Assembly (NCBI GenBank): GCA_902596665.1
Contig: CACJUN010000003.1
Location: forward strand, 143,536-207,535
Direction: 5' to 3'
DNA: 64,000 nucleotides
DNA from: an uncultured SAR86 cluster bacterium
Lineage (GTDB): Bacteria; Pseudomonadota; Gammaproteobacteria; Magnimaribacterales; AG-339-G14
Part shown: in pieces, positions 31,196-41,167 of the stretch
Layout of the letters: each line of letters starts with the position of its first letter
Position numbering within the stretch: position 1 is the stretch's first letter
Program-made: the position numbers and the translations under genes
The notes under the pieces: generated by a model
Database searches by the model: none
Told to the model about the DNA's origin: nothing
What the model saw: the letters and a program-made list of their open reading frames with translations, nothing else

Positions 31196-32167
31196 ATGAA
31201 ATCTTTTGAAAATAAAATTGCTGTTGTCACCGGAGGTGGCACAGGTATGGGAAGAGAATTAGTTTTGCAATTGGCAAGAGCAAACTGCAATGTCTCTATG
31301 TGCGATGTTATCGAGGAAAATATGGATCAGACAATGGATTTGGCAGCCTCGATAAATCCAAATGTGAAAATAACAAAGCACGTATGCGATGTTTCCATCA
31401 AAGACCAAGTTGAAAAATTTAGAGACGATGTTTTATCCGAACAGCAATCTGATTCAATAAATTTACTTTTTAATAATGCAGGTATCGGAGGCGGTCAAAG
31501 CTTTATAAAAAGCGATATTGAAGAATGGGAAAAAGTTTTTGCTGTCTGTTGGTACGGCGTTTACTTTTGTTCTAGAGCTTTTATGGAAGCGCTAATTAAA
31601 AGTGACGAAGGTCATTTAATTAATACAAGCAGCGTAAATGGATTTTGGGCATCGTTGGGGGATGGTGTTCCACATACTTCATATTCGGCGGCTAAATTTG
31701 CTGTGAAAGGCTTCTCGGAGGCCTTATTAAATGATTTCAAAGTAAATGCTCCGCATTTAAATGTCTCAGTGGTAATGCCGGGTCATATAGGAACGGATAT
31801 CAGTCAGAACACCGGCATAATATTAGGAAAAAGACCTGAGGAAATGCAAGATGAAGAGCTTCAGGAAATGAAGGAGAACTGGATCAAAGCAGGAGCTCCT
31901 GTTCATAATCTTTCCCTAGAAGTATTCAAAGATGCATTAATTCAAAGGCAGGACGATTTTAAAAATAATGCGATAACGTCAGCTGAAGATGCAGCAACAG
32001 TTATTCTTGACGGCGTAAAAGAAAATAAATGGAGAATTCTTATTGGTCCTGATGCTGCAGCATTAGATAGAAGAGTAAGAGATAACCCAGAGAAAGCTTA
32101 CGACGGAGATTTTTTGCCAAAGAGAGATGACAATCATTTCACCAACCCCTTTTCCGAAAAAAAGTAA
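31196..32167 (+). CDS. Short-chain dehydrogenase/reductase
   Basis: TGGGTGMG, NNAG, NTSS, YSAAK. Confidence 0.9.
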   Translation: MKSFENKIAVVTGGGTGMGRELVLQLARANCNVSMCDVIEENMDQTMDLAASINPNVKITKHVCDVSIKDQVEKFRDDVLSEQQSDSINLLFNNAGIGGGQSFIKSDIEEWEKVFAVCWYGVYFCSRAFMEALIKSDEGHLINTSSVNGFWASLGDGVPHTSYSAAKFAVKGFSEALLNDFKVNAPHLNVSVVMPGHIGTDISQNTGIILGKRPEEMQDEELQEMKENWIKAGAPVHNLSLEVFKDALIQRQDDFKNNAITSAEDAATVILDGVKENKWRILIGPDAAALDRRVRDNPEKAYDGDFLPKRDDNHFTNPFSEKK

Positions 32168-32210
32168 TTTCGATAGCAATAAGATCAAAAAAAATAGACA
32201 ATAATAATGT

Positions 32211-32366
32211 ATGGAAAGAGGAGAAAGAATTTCTCGCTCAGACCACGCTAGAAATAAAAGAGCTCAAATAAAAAAAATAAAATTTCAAAGGAGTGAAAAC
32301 TTATACGCTCATCTAGATAGACTGAGAGAGAAAAAGAAAAAGTTTCACCTAAAACATCCTTATTGA
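32211..32366 (+). CDS. 51-aa highly basic small protein (below the ORF-track cutoff)
   Basis: MERGERISRSDHARNKRAQIKKIKFQRSENLYAHLDRLREKKKKFHLKHPY; fills an otherwise unexplained ~220-bp gap. Confidence 0.55.
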   Translation: MERGERISRSDHARNKRAQIKKIKFQRSENLYAHLDRLREKKKKFHLKHPY

Positions 32367-32384
32367 GGAAAAATATAGAGAAGT

Positions 32385-32461
<77 letters not shown>

Positions 32462-32491
32462 CCAAGAATTGAGAATTATATAGGTTTTAGT

Positions 32492-33118
32492 TTGAGTTAC
32501 GATAAATTAATTGAAAGTTTTATTCTTTTGTTTGTAGCAGTGGATCCCATTGCGCTCATCCCTATTTTTGCAAGCCTAACTTTTGGCTTATCTAAAATAG
32601 AAATAAGAAAAATTTATCTAAATGCAACTTTATTATCTTTAATAATCCTAAGCTTTTTCTGGTTTTTTGGTTCTGCTCTCTTAACTTTGTTAGGAATAAG
32701 CATGAGTTCTTTTAAGATTATTGGTGGTCTATTTTTAATTGCCATTGCTTTTGAGATGGTTCTTGAAAATAGACAAACTAGAAGAAAGACAAACGCTCAA
32801 AATGCTTATGAAGATTTTTCAAGTAGTTCTATTGCTATATTCCCATTAGCTATTCCCTTGATAGCAGGTCCGGGGGCTATTACCGTTGTGACTTTATTGG
32901 GAGAGGAAAATAAAGCAAATCTTCTGGATAATTTAATAAGTTTCACACCGATCTTATTGATCTGTCTTTTGGCCGGCATGGCTATGTGGCTATCCTCAAG
33001 AATTGCTAATAAGCTTCCTGAGTCAGCAATAATTGTTCTTGAAAAACTATTTGGAATATTGCTAGGAGCTCTAGCGATTGAGTTTGTAGCTTCTGGTGTA
33101 AGGTCTTTCTTGGTCTAA
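32492..33118 (+). CDS. MarC-family membrane protein
   Basis: VDPIALIP.F, FPLAIPLIAGPGAI, FGILLGALAIEF. Confidence 0.92.
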   Translation: MSYDKLIESFILLFVAVDPIALIPIFASLTFGLSKIEIRKIYLNATLLSLIILSFFWFFGSALLTLLGISMSSFKIIGGLFLIAIAFEMVLENRQTRRKTNAQNAYEDFSSSSIAIFPLAIPLIAGPGAITVVTLLGEENKANLLDNLISFTPILLICLLAGMAMWLSSRIANKLPESAIIVLEKLFGILLGALAIEFVASGVRSFLV

Positions 33119-33120
33119 TA

Positions 33121-34914
33121 TTACTCGTCGAGAAAACCTTTAAGGTGCGCGGACCTTGATGGATGTCTAAGTTTTCTCAAAGCTTTCGCTTCAATTTGTC
33201 TGATTCTTTCTCTTGTAACATCAAACTGTTTTCCCACTTCTTCAAGAGTATGATCGGTGTTCATACCAATACCAAATCGCATTCTTAAAACTTTAGCTTC
33301 TCTTGCAGTTAAACTTCCTAAAACATCACCAGTTGCTTCAGTTAAATTATTTTCAGTAGCGGCATCAATAGGCGAACTTTGAAGAGGATCTTCAATAAAA
33401 TCTCCCAGAGTCGTATCGTCTTCATCTCCTATAGGTGTTTCCATTGAGATTGGCTCTTTTGCTATTTTTAGAACTTTTCTAACTTTATCTTCAGGCATTT
33501 CCATTCTTTCGCTTAACTCTTCTGGAGTTGGCTCTCTTCCCATTTCCTGGAGCATTTGTCTAGAAATTCTGTTTAATTTGTTGATTGTTTCAATCATATG
33601 TACAGGGATTCTAATAGTTCTGGCTTGGTCAGCTATAGATCTAGTTATTGCCTGTCGTATCCACCAAGTTGCATAAGTAGAGAACTTGTAACCTCTTCTG
33701 TATTCAAACTTATCTACTGCCTTCATGAGACCGATGTTTCCCTCTTGGATAAGATCTAAAAATTGGAGACCCCTGTTGGTATATTTTTTTGCTATTGATA
33801 TAACTAGCCTTAAATTGGCTTCAATCATATCTTTTTTAGCTCTTCTAATTTTTGATTCGCCTTTTGTAATTCTCATGTTCACTTCTTTTAATTGAGGAAC
33901 AGACAGCCCAGATACCTTTTCTAAAGCATTTATTCTTTTTTGAATTAAATTAATCTCTGGCTTTCTAGTTTTAAGTACTTTCACAAAAGGTTTTTTTGAC
34001 CTTAAAGTTGAATCTAGGAAGTTAGCTTTAGTTTCACTGCCCACAAAAATTTCAATAAATTCTTTACGTGGCATTTTTGACTCTCTGACACAGATATCAT
34101 AAATGAGCCTTTCCAGTTCTTTAACTTGTTGGAAATTTAATCTTGCAGGAAGAGCGATTGTTTCGAATTTTTTTGGGGATAATTTAAGGTACTTAAAAAT
34201 TTCTCCTAACTTTTCCAAGTCAGTTTGGGCTTTTGTGCTGCTTCTTCCGCTAGCAGCAATGGTTTTTTCAGTTTTGTTGAATTGTCTTCTGAGGGAAGCA
34301 AATCTTTTTTCTAGTTCTTCTTCATTTATTCCAGAATCTTCTTCTTCTTCAACATCTTCGTCTGCTTCTTTTATATCTTTATTAGCAGCAGCTTCCGAAG
34401 GAGCTTCATCCTCATCCATAAAACCAACGATCAAATCTGAAATTCTTTTTTCTCCTTTTTTAGTTAACTTATAATCCTCTATTATTCCCTCAACCACTCC
34501 AGGATAATGAACGCATGCGCTAAGAAGATCTCTGGCGCCATCCTCAATTCGTTTTGCTATTGATATTTCACCTTCTCTGGTTAACAAATCAACGGATCCC
34601 ATTTCTCTCATGTACAACCTTACTGGATCTGTTGTTCTGCCTACTTCTGACTCAATTGCTATTTCACCCTCTGGGTCTGGTTGTTCTTGTGGATCTTCAG
34701 CAGCAGGCATGAAATCTGAGCCCTCAGCAGGAGGATTCTCTAAAACTTCAAGTCCTAATTCATTTATAAGAGAAATAACTTCTTCAAGTTGATCAGGATC
34801 TGATACATCTTCTGGTAAGAAATCATTGATATCAGCATAAGAGATATATCCTTGCTCTCTCCCTTTTTCAATGAGTTCTCTTAAACCGCTATTCTCTAAA
34901 TCGTCGTCGTACAT
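33121..34914 (-). CDS. rpoD: RNA polymerase sigma-70
   Basis: [50 protein letters not shown]. Confidence 0.98.
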   Translation of the reverse strand: MYDDDLENSGLRELIEKGREQGYISYADINDFLPEDVSDPDQLEEVISLINELGLEVLENPPAEGSDFMPAAEDPQEQPDPEGEIAIESEVGRTTDPVRLYMREMGSVDLLTREGEISIAKRIEDGARDLLSACVHYPGVVEGIIEDYKLTKKGEKRISDLIVGFMDEDEAPSEAAANKDIKEADEDVEEEEDSGINEEELEKRFASLRRQFNKTEKTIAASGRSSTKAQTDLEKLGEIFKYLKLSPKKFETIALPARLNFQQVKELERLIYDICVRESKMPRKEFIEIFVGSETKANFLDSTLRSKKPFVKVLKTRKPEINLIQKRINALEKVSGLSVPQLKEVNMRITKGESKIRRAKKDMIEANLRLVISIAKKYTNRGLQFLDLIQEGNIGLMKAVDKFEYRRGYKFSTYATWWIRQAITRSIADQARTIRIPVHMIETINKLNRISRQMLQEMGREPTPEELSERMEMPEDKVRKVLKIAKEPISMETPIGDEDDTTLGDFIEDPLQSSPIDAATENNLTEATGDVLGSLTAREAKVLRMRFGIGMNTDHTLEEVGKQFDVTRERIRQIEAKALRKLRHPSRSAHLKGFLDE

Positions 34915-34981
34915 GTGTTTCTAAAAAAGGTCGTTGATTATATCTTCTAAGAGCTAAAGTTTGAATAAATATGTAAAAAAG

Positions 34982-36742
34982 TTACAAAGACTTAAGAAGC
35001 TCCTTTTCTTGTTCATCTAATGCTTCAAATTTTTCAAGTAAACTTTTTTTCAATTCGATCTTTTCTTTTTCCGTAATATCTCCATCCATGAGTTTTTTTT
35101 GTAGGTATGCATGATTCGAAATATTCTCTTTTTTTAAATAAAAATTAATTGATTCTTCGATGTATTCATTAGCTTTGGCTTCAGAAATTATATTCTCACT
35201 AGCAGCGATAGATGTAATATCTCCCTTCAACTCAGGATATTCCTCAATTAATTGACCTGCATTATAGTTGGGGGCTGATTTACAGAATTCAATTATCTTA
35301 GCTATTGTTTCTTCTTCCTTTATTTGCGACTTGACGTCGAAATACGAGAACAAATCTAAATTAATCCTTCCAGGAAAATCTAATACAACCGCTAGAATCT
35401 TTTTTAAAATTGTACTTTCTATAAAGGTTTCGTTTTCTTTCATCGTGAAAGATTTTTTCTTTATTGATGGTTGGATTTCTTCGTCAACTTTGAAACCTAA
35501 TTTCGATGAAAAGTCTTCAACCAGCAAAGTTTTGAAATTTGAAGGTGGGATAGACTTTATAAAATTTTGAAAACTTCTCATGGCGTTTGCTTTTGTTTCA
35601 ATTGAATCGTCAGTCCCATCAAGAAAAGAATCTTGAATATATTTGGAAAGCACTACTGATTTACTCAAATATTCCTCAAATTTATTCGTACCATGCTCTT
35701 CAATAATGCTTGCAGGATCTTGTCCTTCAGGAAGAAACAAAATATTGAACTTTCTATTATCGTTAATGAAAGGCAGTGTGACTTCTACTGCTCTTCTAGC
35801 TGCATCTGATCCTGCTTGATCACCATCAAAACAAAAAACTACTTCATTAGTAATTTTTAGAATATTTTCAAGATGATATTTTGATGTCGCTATCCCAAGT
35901 GTAGCCATTGCATAAGGAAAACCACCTGCAAACAGAGCAATGACGTCTGTATAACCTTCAACCACTAAAATTTTGTTTATGTTTCTATTTTGCTCAATGG
36001 ATTCATAAAGGCCATACAGCTCCCTATTTTTTTTGAATACCAGAGATTCAGCAGAATTGAGGTATTTTGGTTCTTCATTCTCAATTACTCTGCCACCGAA
36101 ACCTATAACTTGCCCTCTTCTGTTTCGTATCGGAAACATTAATCTATTCCTAAAGAAGTCATAATCTTTACCTTTATCAGAGGTTTTGATTAAACCTGTT
36201 TTCAAAATATCTTCTCTAGAAATACCCTCTTTAAGAAGATATCTGCATAAATCATCCCAGCTTTTAGTTGCGTATCCTAAAGAGAAATTTTGGGAAGATT
36301 TCCCTTCAATATTTCTACTTTTAAGATATTTGTAAACAGAACTAGATTCACTTTGCTCAGAAAGATTATTTTGAAAAAACTTCACGGTAAGATCATTGAT
36401 TTTGTCAAAAATTTTAAAATCTTCATTATTTAAGCTGTTTGAGTTTTTAGGAATTTCAATGCCAGCATTAGTTGCTAAAAATTCCAAGGCATCCATAAAA
36501 GTTTGCCCTTGGTGATCTGTGAGAAACGAAATTGCATTTCCACTCGCTCTGCATTTGAAACAATAATAAAACTGCTTATGTTGACTTACGCTAAAAGAAG
36601 GCTTACTTCCATCATCGCAGAAAGGACAAAGCGCCCAGTGATCTTTTCCTCTTTTTTGAAGAGAAACATGGCTATCGATCAAAGAAACAATATCTGTTGA
36701 ATCTAAAACTCTTTGAATAAAATCTCTGGGTAATTGAGCCAT
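34982..36742 (-). CDS. dnaG: DNA primase
   Basis: Zinc-binding domain, FRNRLMFPI, PKYLNS, VEGYTD, FDGD.AG; upstream of rpoD. Confidence 0.96.
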   Translation of the reverse strand: MAQLPRDFIQRVLDSTDIVSLIDSHVSLQKRGKDHWALCPFCDDGSKPSFSVSQHKQFYYCFKCRASGNAISFLTDHQGQTFMDALEFLATNAGIEIPKNSNSLNNEDFKIFDKINDLTVKFFQNNLSEQSESSSVYKYLKSRNIEGKSSQNFSLGYATKSWDDLCRYLLKEGISREDILKTGLIKTSDKGKDYDFFRNRLMFPIRNRRGQVIGFGGRVIENEEPKYLNSAESLVFKKNRELYGLYESIEQNRNINKILVVEGYTDVIALFAGGFPYAMATLGIATSKYHLENILKITNEVVFCFDGDQAGSDAARRAVEVTLPFINDNRKFNILFLPEGQDPASIIEEHGTNKFEEYLSKSVVLSKYIQDSFLDGTDDSIETKANAMRSFQNFIKSIPPSNFKTLLVEDFSSKLGFKVDEEIQPSIKKKSFTMKENETFIESTILKKILAVVLDFPGRINLDLFSYFDVKSQIKEEETIAKIIEFCKSAPNYNAGQLIEEYPELKGDITSIAASENIISEAKANEYIEESINFYLKKENISNHAYLQKKLMDGDITEKEKIELKKSLLEKFEALDEQEKELLKSL

Positions 36743-36744
36743 TA

Positions 36745-37149
36745 TTATTTTTTGTTAAGCCAAGTATCAAGTATTATCTTAGCTGCAAGGGCATGAGATG
36801 TTGTTTTTTTATCAGTAAGATTATTTTTATCAGACATTATTTCCTTGGCTTCCCATGTAGTAAGTCTTTCATCTTCTAATTCAACATCAATATCAAACAG
36901 CTGCTCACAAGCTAATTTAAATTTGCTTACTTTCAATGAAAGTTTTGAATCAGTATCATCCATATTAAGTGGATATCCTAGAATAATTCCTTTTAAATCC
37001 CACTCTTTTATTAAATTTTCAATAAATTTTAAAGCTTCTTGTTCAGATGCAATTTTTTCAGAAAAATATGTTGTTGAATTTTTGGTAATTGAATTGCCAA
37101 TCGCAAATCCATAATTAACTTCTCCGTAATCAATGCCCAAATAGTTCAT
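36745..37149 (-). CDS. ruvX: YqgF/RuvX pre-16S rRNA nuclease
   Basis: LGIDYG, LGYPLNMD, DERLTT; follows gshB. Confidence 0.88.
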   Translation of the reverse strand: MNYLGIDYGEVNYGFAIGNSITKNSTTYFSEKIASEQEALKFIENLIKEWDLKGIILGYPLNMDDTDSKLSLKVSKFKLACEQLFDIDVELEDERLTTWEAKEIMSDKNNLTDKKTTSHALAAKIILDTWLNKK

Positions 37150-38062
37150 CTACAAAAAGTTTTGCTAAGTTTTCATCTGCTTGATCATTGAGTTCTCTAA
37201 AGCAAGTGGGACTTGTTAAATTGATTTCTGTTAGAAAATTTCCAATCATGTCTAATCCAACTATATACAAACCAAAATCCAACATTTTGTCCGCTACCGT
37301 CTGAGCAATAATTTTATCTTGTTCATTAAGCTCAATAGTTGAGGCTGATCCTCCTGCAGCCAAATTACCTATAAACTCTCCTTCAGGAGGTGTTCTTAAC
37401 ACGGCGTGTTTAGGAACTTTACCGTTGATAATTAATATTCTTTTATCTCCAATGGAAATTTCTGGAAGGAATTTTTGCGCAATAAATTTTACTTCACCTT
37501 CCTTAGATATTTTTGAATAAACTTCAGATAAATGTTCATCATCCTTCTTTAGTTTAAAGATAGAATCTCCACCCATGGAGTTAAGAGGCTTAACTACAAT
37601 ATGCTCATTCTCTTTAAGAAAATTATTAAATATTTCAAAATCAGATGTGATCAAAGTAGGCGGACAAAATTTTGGAAAATTTAATGCAAATATTTTTTCA
37701 TTTAAGTTTCTTAGGTTTGAAGGATTATTAATAACGTTGACGCCTAAATCGGCAGCTTTTTCTAAAATCATTGTGTTTACTATAAAAGAGTAATCAACAG
37801 GTGGGTCTTGACGCATCATGATCACTTCAAAAAAATTCATTGTATTCTCGGAAGAGGACAAAACGTTGAAGTTCGTATCATCTAGTGAAACTTCTACCTT
37901 TTGATATTTACAGTGGGGTTGATTGTCCTTCATAAATAAATTTTTTGAATCGATAAAATATATATCGTGTCCATTATTTTGGGCTTCGAACATTAGTAAT
38001 AAAGTTGAATCCTTTTTTAGATTCTTTGCAGGAATTGGCTCCATTACAAAACCGATTTTCAT
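37130..38062 (-). CDS. gshB: Glutathione synthetase
   Basis: KDST, MRQDPP, NEK, KPLNSMGG, GDKRI, EINLTSPT. Confidence 0.95.
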   Translation of the reverse strand: MKIGFVMEPIPAKNLKKDSTLLLMFEAQNNGHDIYFIDSKNLFMKDNQPHCKYQKVEVSLDDTNFNVLSSSENTMNFFEVIMMRQDPPVDYSFIVNTMILEKAADLGVNVINNPSNLRNLNEKIFALNFPKFCPPTLITSDFEIFNNFLKENEHIVVKPLNSMGGDSIFKLKKDDEHLSEVYSKISKEGEVKFIAQKFLPEISIGDKRILIINGKVPKHAVLRTPPEGEFIGNLAAGGSASTIELNEQDKIIAQTVADKMLDFGLYIVGLDMIGNFLTEINLTSPTCFRELNDQADENLAKLFVDELFGH

Positions 38063-38769
38063 GATATATCCCTCATAGAAAAATTTAACATTGATAATAT
38101 TACGATCGGCATTGTATCTGTTCTAAAAATCATATCTCCACAATTAATGCTAATAAATCCTTCTTCTTCTAATTTTTCTATTTCATTATCTGTAAATCCG
38201 CCCTCTGGGCCGATTGCTATAGAGAGGCTTTCAGCTTTTTTTAAGTCTTTAATAGATTTAGTTGCTCTGGGATTTAACACAATTTTTAAAGAGTCGTTGG
38301 AATTATATGCCCAAGACATTAATTCATTTGAATGTATTTGAGGGACCCAATCCATTCCGCATTGTTCGCAACTGCTTGCAGCGATTTTCTTCCATCTTTC
38401 TATTTTTGATTGAGAAGGTTTTTTTCTTATTTTTGATCTTTCGCTTGATAAGCAATTTATCGAATTTATCCCAAGAGGGATGCTCTGTTTTATAACATTA
38501 TCAAAATTTTTTATCTCACTGATGCCTAAATTAAATATTGGTTTAAGTTTTTTAGAAAAGTTTAAATTCTTGTTTGTTTTGATTAAAAAGGTTTTTTTCT
38601 TTTTTTCAATGATATTTCCAAAAGTTGAATTACCTCGCCCATCAAACAGATGAAGCTGCTGACCAATTTTTTTGTTCGTAACTTTTAAATGATCTGAAAT
38701 GTTTTGATCAAGCTCTATAATTGAATTTGCTTTTAATTCAGTTTTTAAAAATACCCTTGGAGTTCTCAT
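38059..38769 (-). CDS. rsmE: 16S rRNA m3U1498 methyltransferase
   Basis: CEQCG, IGPEGGFT, FRTDT; upstream of gshB. Confidence 0.9.
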   Translation of the reverse strand: MRTPRVFLKTELKANSIIELDQNISDHLKVTNKKIGQQLHLFDGRGNSTFGNIIEKKKKTFLIKTNKNLNFSKKLKPIFNLGISEIKNFDNVIKQSIPLGINSINCLSSERSKIRKKPSQSKIERWKKIAASSCEQCGMDWVPQIHSNELMSWAYNSNDSLKIVLNPRATKSIKDLKKAESLSIAIGPEGGFTDNEIEKLEEEGFISINCGDMIFRTDTMPIVILSMLNFSMRDIS

Positions 38770-38815
38770 GAATTTCTTTGTATGCTAAACATTCAATTTT
38801 ATCAGAGTTTGAAAG

Positions 38816-39367
38816 ATGAAAATCTACATCATAAGACATGGAGAAGCTGCCAAATCTTGGGAAGTTGATAGAGATCCGGAATTGAGTCTGAGAGGCAGAG
38901 AGCAGGCCCAAAATATTTCAGATATTCTTGCTCAAGAAAATTTGAATGATTTCCAAATCATTTCAAGTCCACTTAGAAGAGCAATAGAAACCGCCGAACC
39001 AATATCTAAGAAATTAAATAAGGAAGTAGAAATTAATGAAAGCTTTATTGAAATTCCTTCTCCTGGGATAGACATGTCTGAAAGACCTTCTTGGTTGAGG
39101 GAAATGTTTTCAAAGGATGTAGATCAGTTTGAAAAGCCTCAAGCAGATTGGAGAGATAAAATAATAAATGTCACTCATTCTTTTAAATCACCGACTTTAA
39201 TTTTTTCACACTTCATGGTGATAAACGTTTTGGTAGGTTATTTACAAAAATCAAAAAAAATTGTTACTTTTTATCCAGATAATTGTTCAGTAACAAAGAT
39301 GTCTCTAAATCAAGGAATGCTTTCTTTAGAGGAAATAGGAAGCAATCAAGAAAGTGTGGTTAACTGA
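38816..39367 (+). CDS. Histidine phosphatase family protein
   Basis: IIRHGE, SSPLRRAIETA, FSH. Confidence 0.88.
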   Translation: MKIYIIRHGEAAKSWEVDRDPELSLRGREQAQNISDILAQENLNDFQIISSPLRRAIETAEPISKKLNKEVEINESFIEIPSPGIDMSERPSWLREMFSKDVDQFEKPQADWRDKIINVTHSFKSPTLIFSHFMVINVLVGYLQKSKKIVTFYPDNCSVTKMSLNQGMLSLEEIGSNQESVVN

Positions 39368-39639
39368 TGGTCTCAAAAAAAAATAATTCAAGCGATAAAA
39401 ATTCTTTGAAATATCAAGTCGGAAAATCAATCAGAAGATATCTTAGAGAGTTAGACGGCAACAAATCATCTGATGTTTATCCAATGGTCCTAAAAGAAGT
39501 AGAAGCGCCTCTTCTATTTGAGATAATGAAGTATTGCAATGGAAATCAAAGTGAGGCTAGTAAAATGCTTGGCCTTAATAGGGGCACCTTAAGAACAAAA
39601 CTCAAAGAATACGACCTTCTCAAAATTAATAAAAAATAA
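39367..39639 (+). CDS. fis: Nucleoid protein Fis
   Basis: VLKEVEAPL, GNQSEASKMLGLNRGTLRTKLK; upstream of purH. Confidence 0.9.
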   Translation: MVSKKNNSSDKNSLKYQVGKSIRRYLRELDGNKSSDVYPMVLKEVEAPLLFEIMKYCNGNQSEASKMLGLNRGTLRTKLKEYDLLKINKK

Positions 39640-39640
39640 G

Positions 39641-41167
39641 ATGTCTAAAATTGCCCTTATTAGTGTCTCAAACAAGGAAGGAATAATTGATTTTGCTAAA
39701 AATCTTATATCGCTGGACTACAAAATCATTTCAACAGGCGGAACTTACCAGCTGCTAAAAGAAAATAATATTGATGCTATTGAAGTTTCAGAGCATACAG
39801 GCTTTCCAGAAATAATGGATGGCAGAATAAAAACCTTACATCCCAAAATTCATGCAGGAATTCTCTCTCGAAGAAAAATTGATAAAAAAATCATAAAGGA
39901 ACACAGCATCGATGAAATCGATATTGTGATAGTAAATCTTTATCCTTTTTATTCAACTGCAAAAGATCCAAATAGTACTGAAGCAGAAATAATTGAGAAA
40001 ATTGATATAGGTGGTCCAACGATGTTGAGAGCGGCTGCAAAAAATCATGGGCACGTTACCACAATTGTTGATCCTAATGATTATGATCTGGTCACAAAGG
40101 AACTCAAAAAAAGCAAAACTATTTCAAAATCTATAAAAAAACAATTGGCAATCAAAGTTTTTTCACATACTGCTAATTATGATTTAGAGATTTCAAACTA
40201 TTTTAATGGCGACCAATTTGAAGAGAATCTTCTCTTGAGTTATGAAAAAACTGAAAATTTAAGGTACGGAGAAAATCCTCATCAGACGGCTTCTTTTTTT
40301 AAACATAAATTTTCAAAGCCCTTTGGGATATCTTCATCCATTCTGCATCAAGGCAAAGAAATGTCTTATAACAACATAGCAGATACAGATACTGCGATCG
40401 ATTGCGTATGTAATTTTTCTGAACCTACTTGTGTCATTGTAAAACATGCTAATCCTTGTGGAGTATCATCAAGAAAAAATTTATTAGATGCTTATCAAAG
40501 TGCTTTTGAGAGCGATCCAACCTCAGCTTTTGGAGGGATAATTGCCTTCAATGAAAAGGTTTCAGGCGAAGTTGCGCAGAGATTGATTGATAATCAATTT
40601 CTTGAGGTAGTTGCTGCTCCAGCATACTCAGACGAATCTCTGAAAATTTTCAATGCAAAACCTAATGTAAGGGTTCTCTCATTCAAACCAAAAATAAATG
40701 ACAAAAATAAAATTTTATCTGTATCTGGAGGACTCCTTATTCAGTCAGCTGATAATAAAATTATTACCGAAGATAATTTAGAAGTTGTAACCCAAAAAGT
40801 ACCCAATAAAGATGAAATACAAAATGCTTTGTTTGCGTGGAAGGTTTGTAAATATGTTAAATCTAATGCAATTGTGTTTGCTGCAAGTGAGCAAACATTA
40901 GGAATTGGTGCAGGTCAAATGAGCAGAATAGATAGCGGTAAAATTGCTGCCTCTAAAGCTAAGGAATTTGGATTCTCATTGAATGGAGCATCAATGGCTT
41001 CTGATGCATTTTTCCCTTTTAGGGACAACGTCGATAATGCTCATGAACTGGGCATAAAATGCATCATTCAGCCTGGAGGTTCAATCAAAGACGAAGAAGT
41101 AATTCAAGCTGCGAATGAGGCAGATATGAGTATGTTATTCACTAAAGTAAGGCATTTCAGGCATTAA
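39641..41167 (+). CDS. purH: AICAR transformylase/IMP cyclohydrolase
   Basis: ALISVS.K, KTLHP, IDIGGP, RYGENPHQ, SDAFFPF, RHFRH. Confidence 0.97.
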   Translation: MSKIALISVSNKEGIIDFAKNLISLDYKIISTGGTYQLLKENNIDAIEVSEHTGFPEIMDGRIKTLHPKIHAGILSRRKIDKKIIKEHSIDEIDIVIVNLYPFYSTAKDPNSTEAEIIEKIDIGGPTMLRAAAKNHGHVTTIVDPNDYDLVTKELKKSKTISKSIKKQLAIKVFSHTANYDLEISNYFNGDQFEENLLLSYEKTENLRYGENPHQTASFFKHKFSKPFGISSSILHQGKEMSYNNIADTDTAIDCVCNFSEPTCVIVKHANPCGVSSRKNLLDAYQSAFESDPTSAFGGIIAFNEKVSGEVAQRLIDNQFLEVVAAPAYSDESLKIFNAKPNVRVLSFKPKINDKNKILSVSGGLLIQSADNKIITEDNLEVVTQKVPNKDEIQNALFAWKVCKYVKSNAIVFAASEQTLGIGAGQMSRIDSGKIAASKAKEFGFSLNGASMASDAFFPFRDNVDNAHELGIKCIIQPGGSIKDEEVIQAANEADMSMLFTKVRHFRH

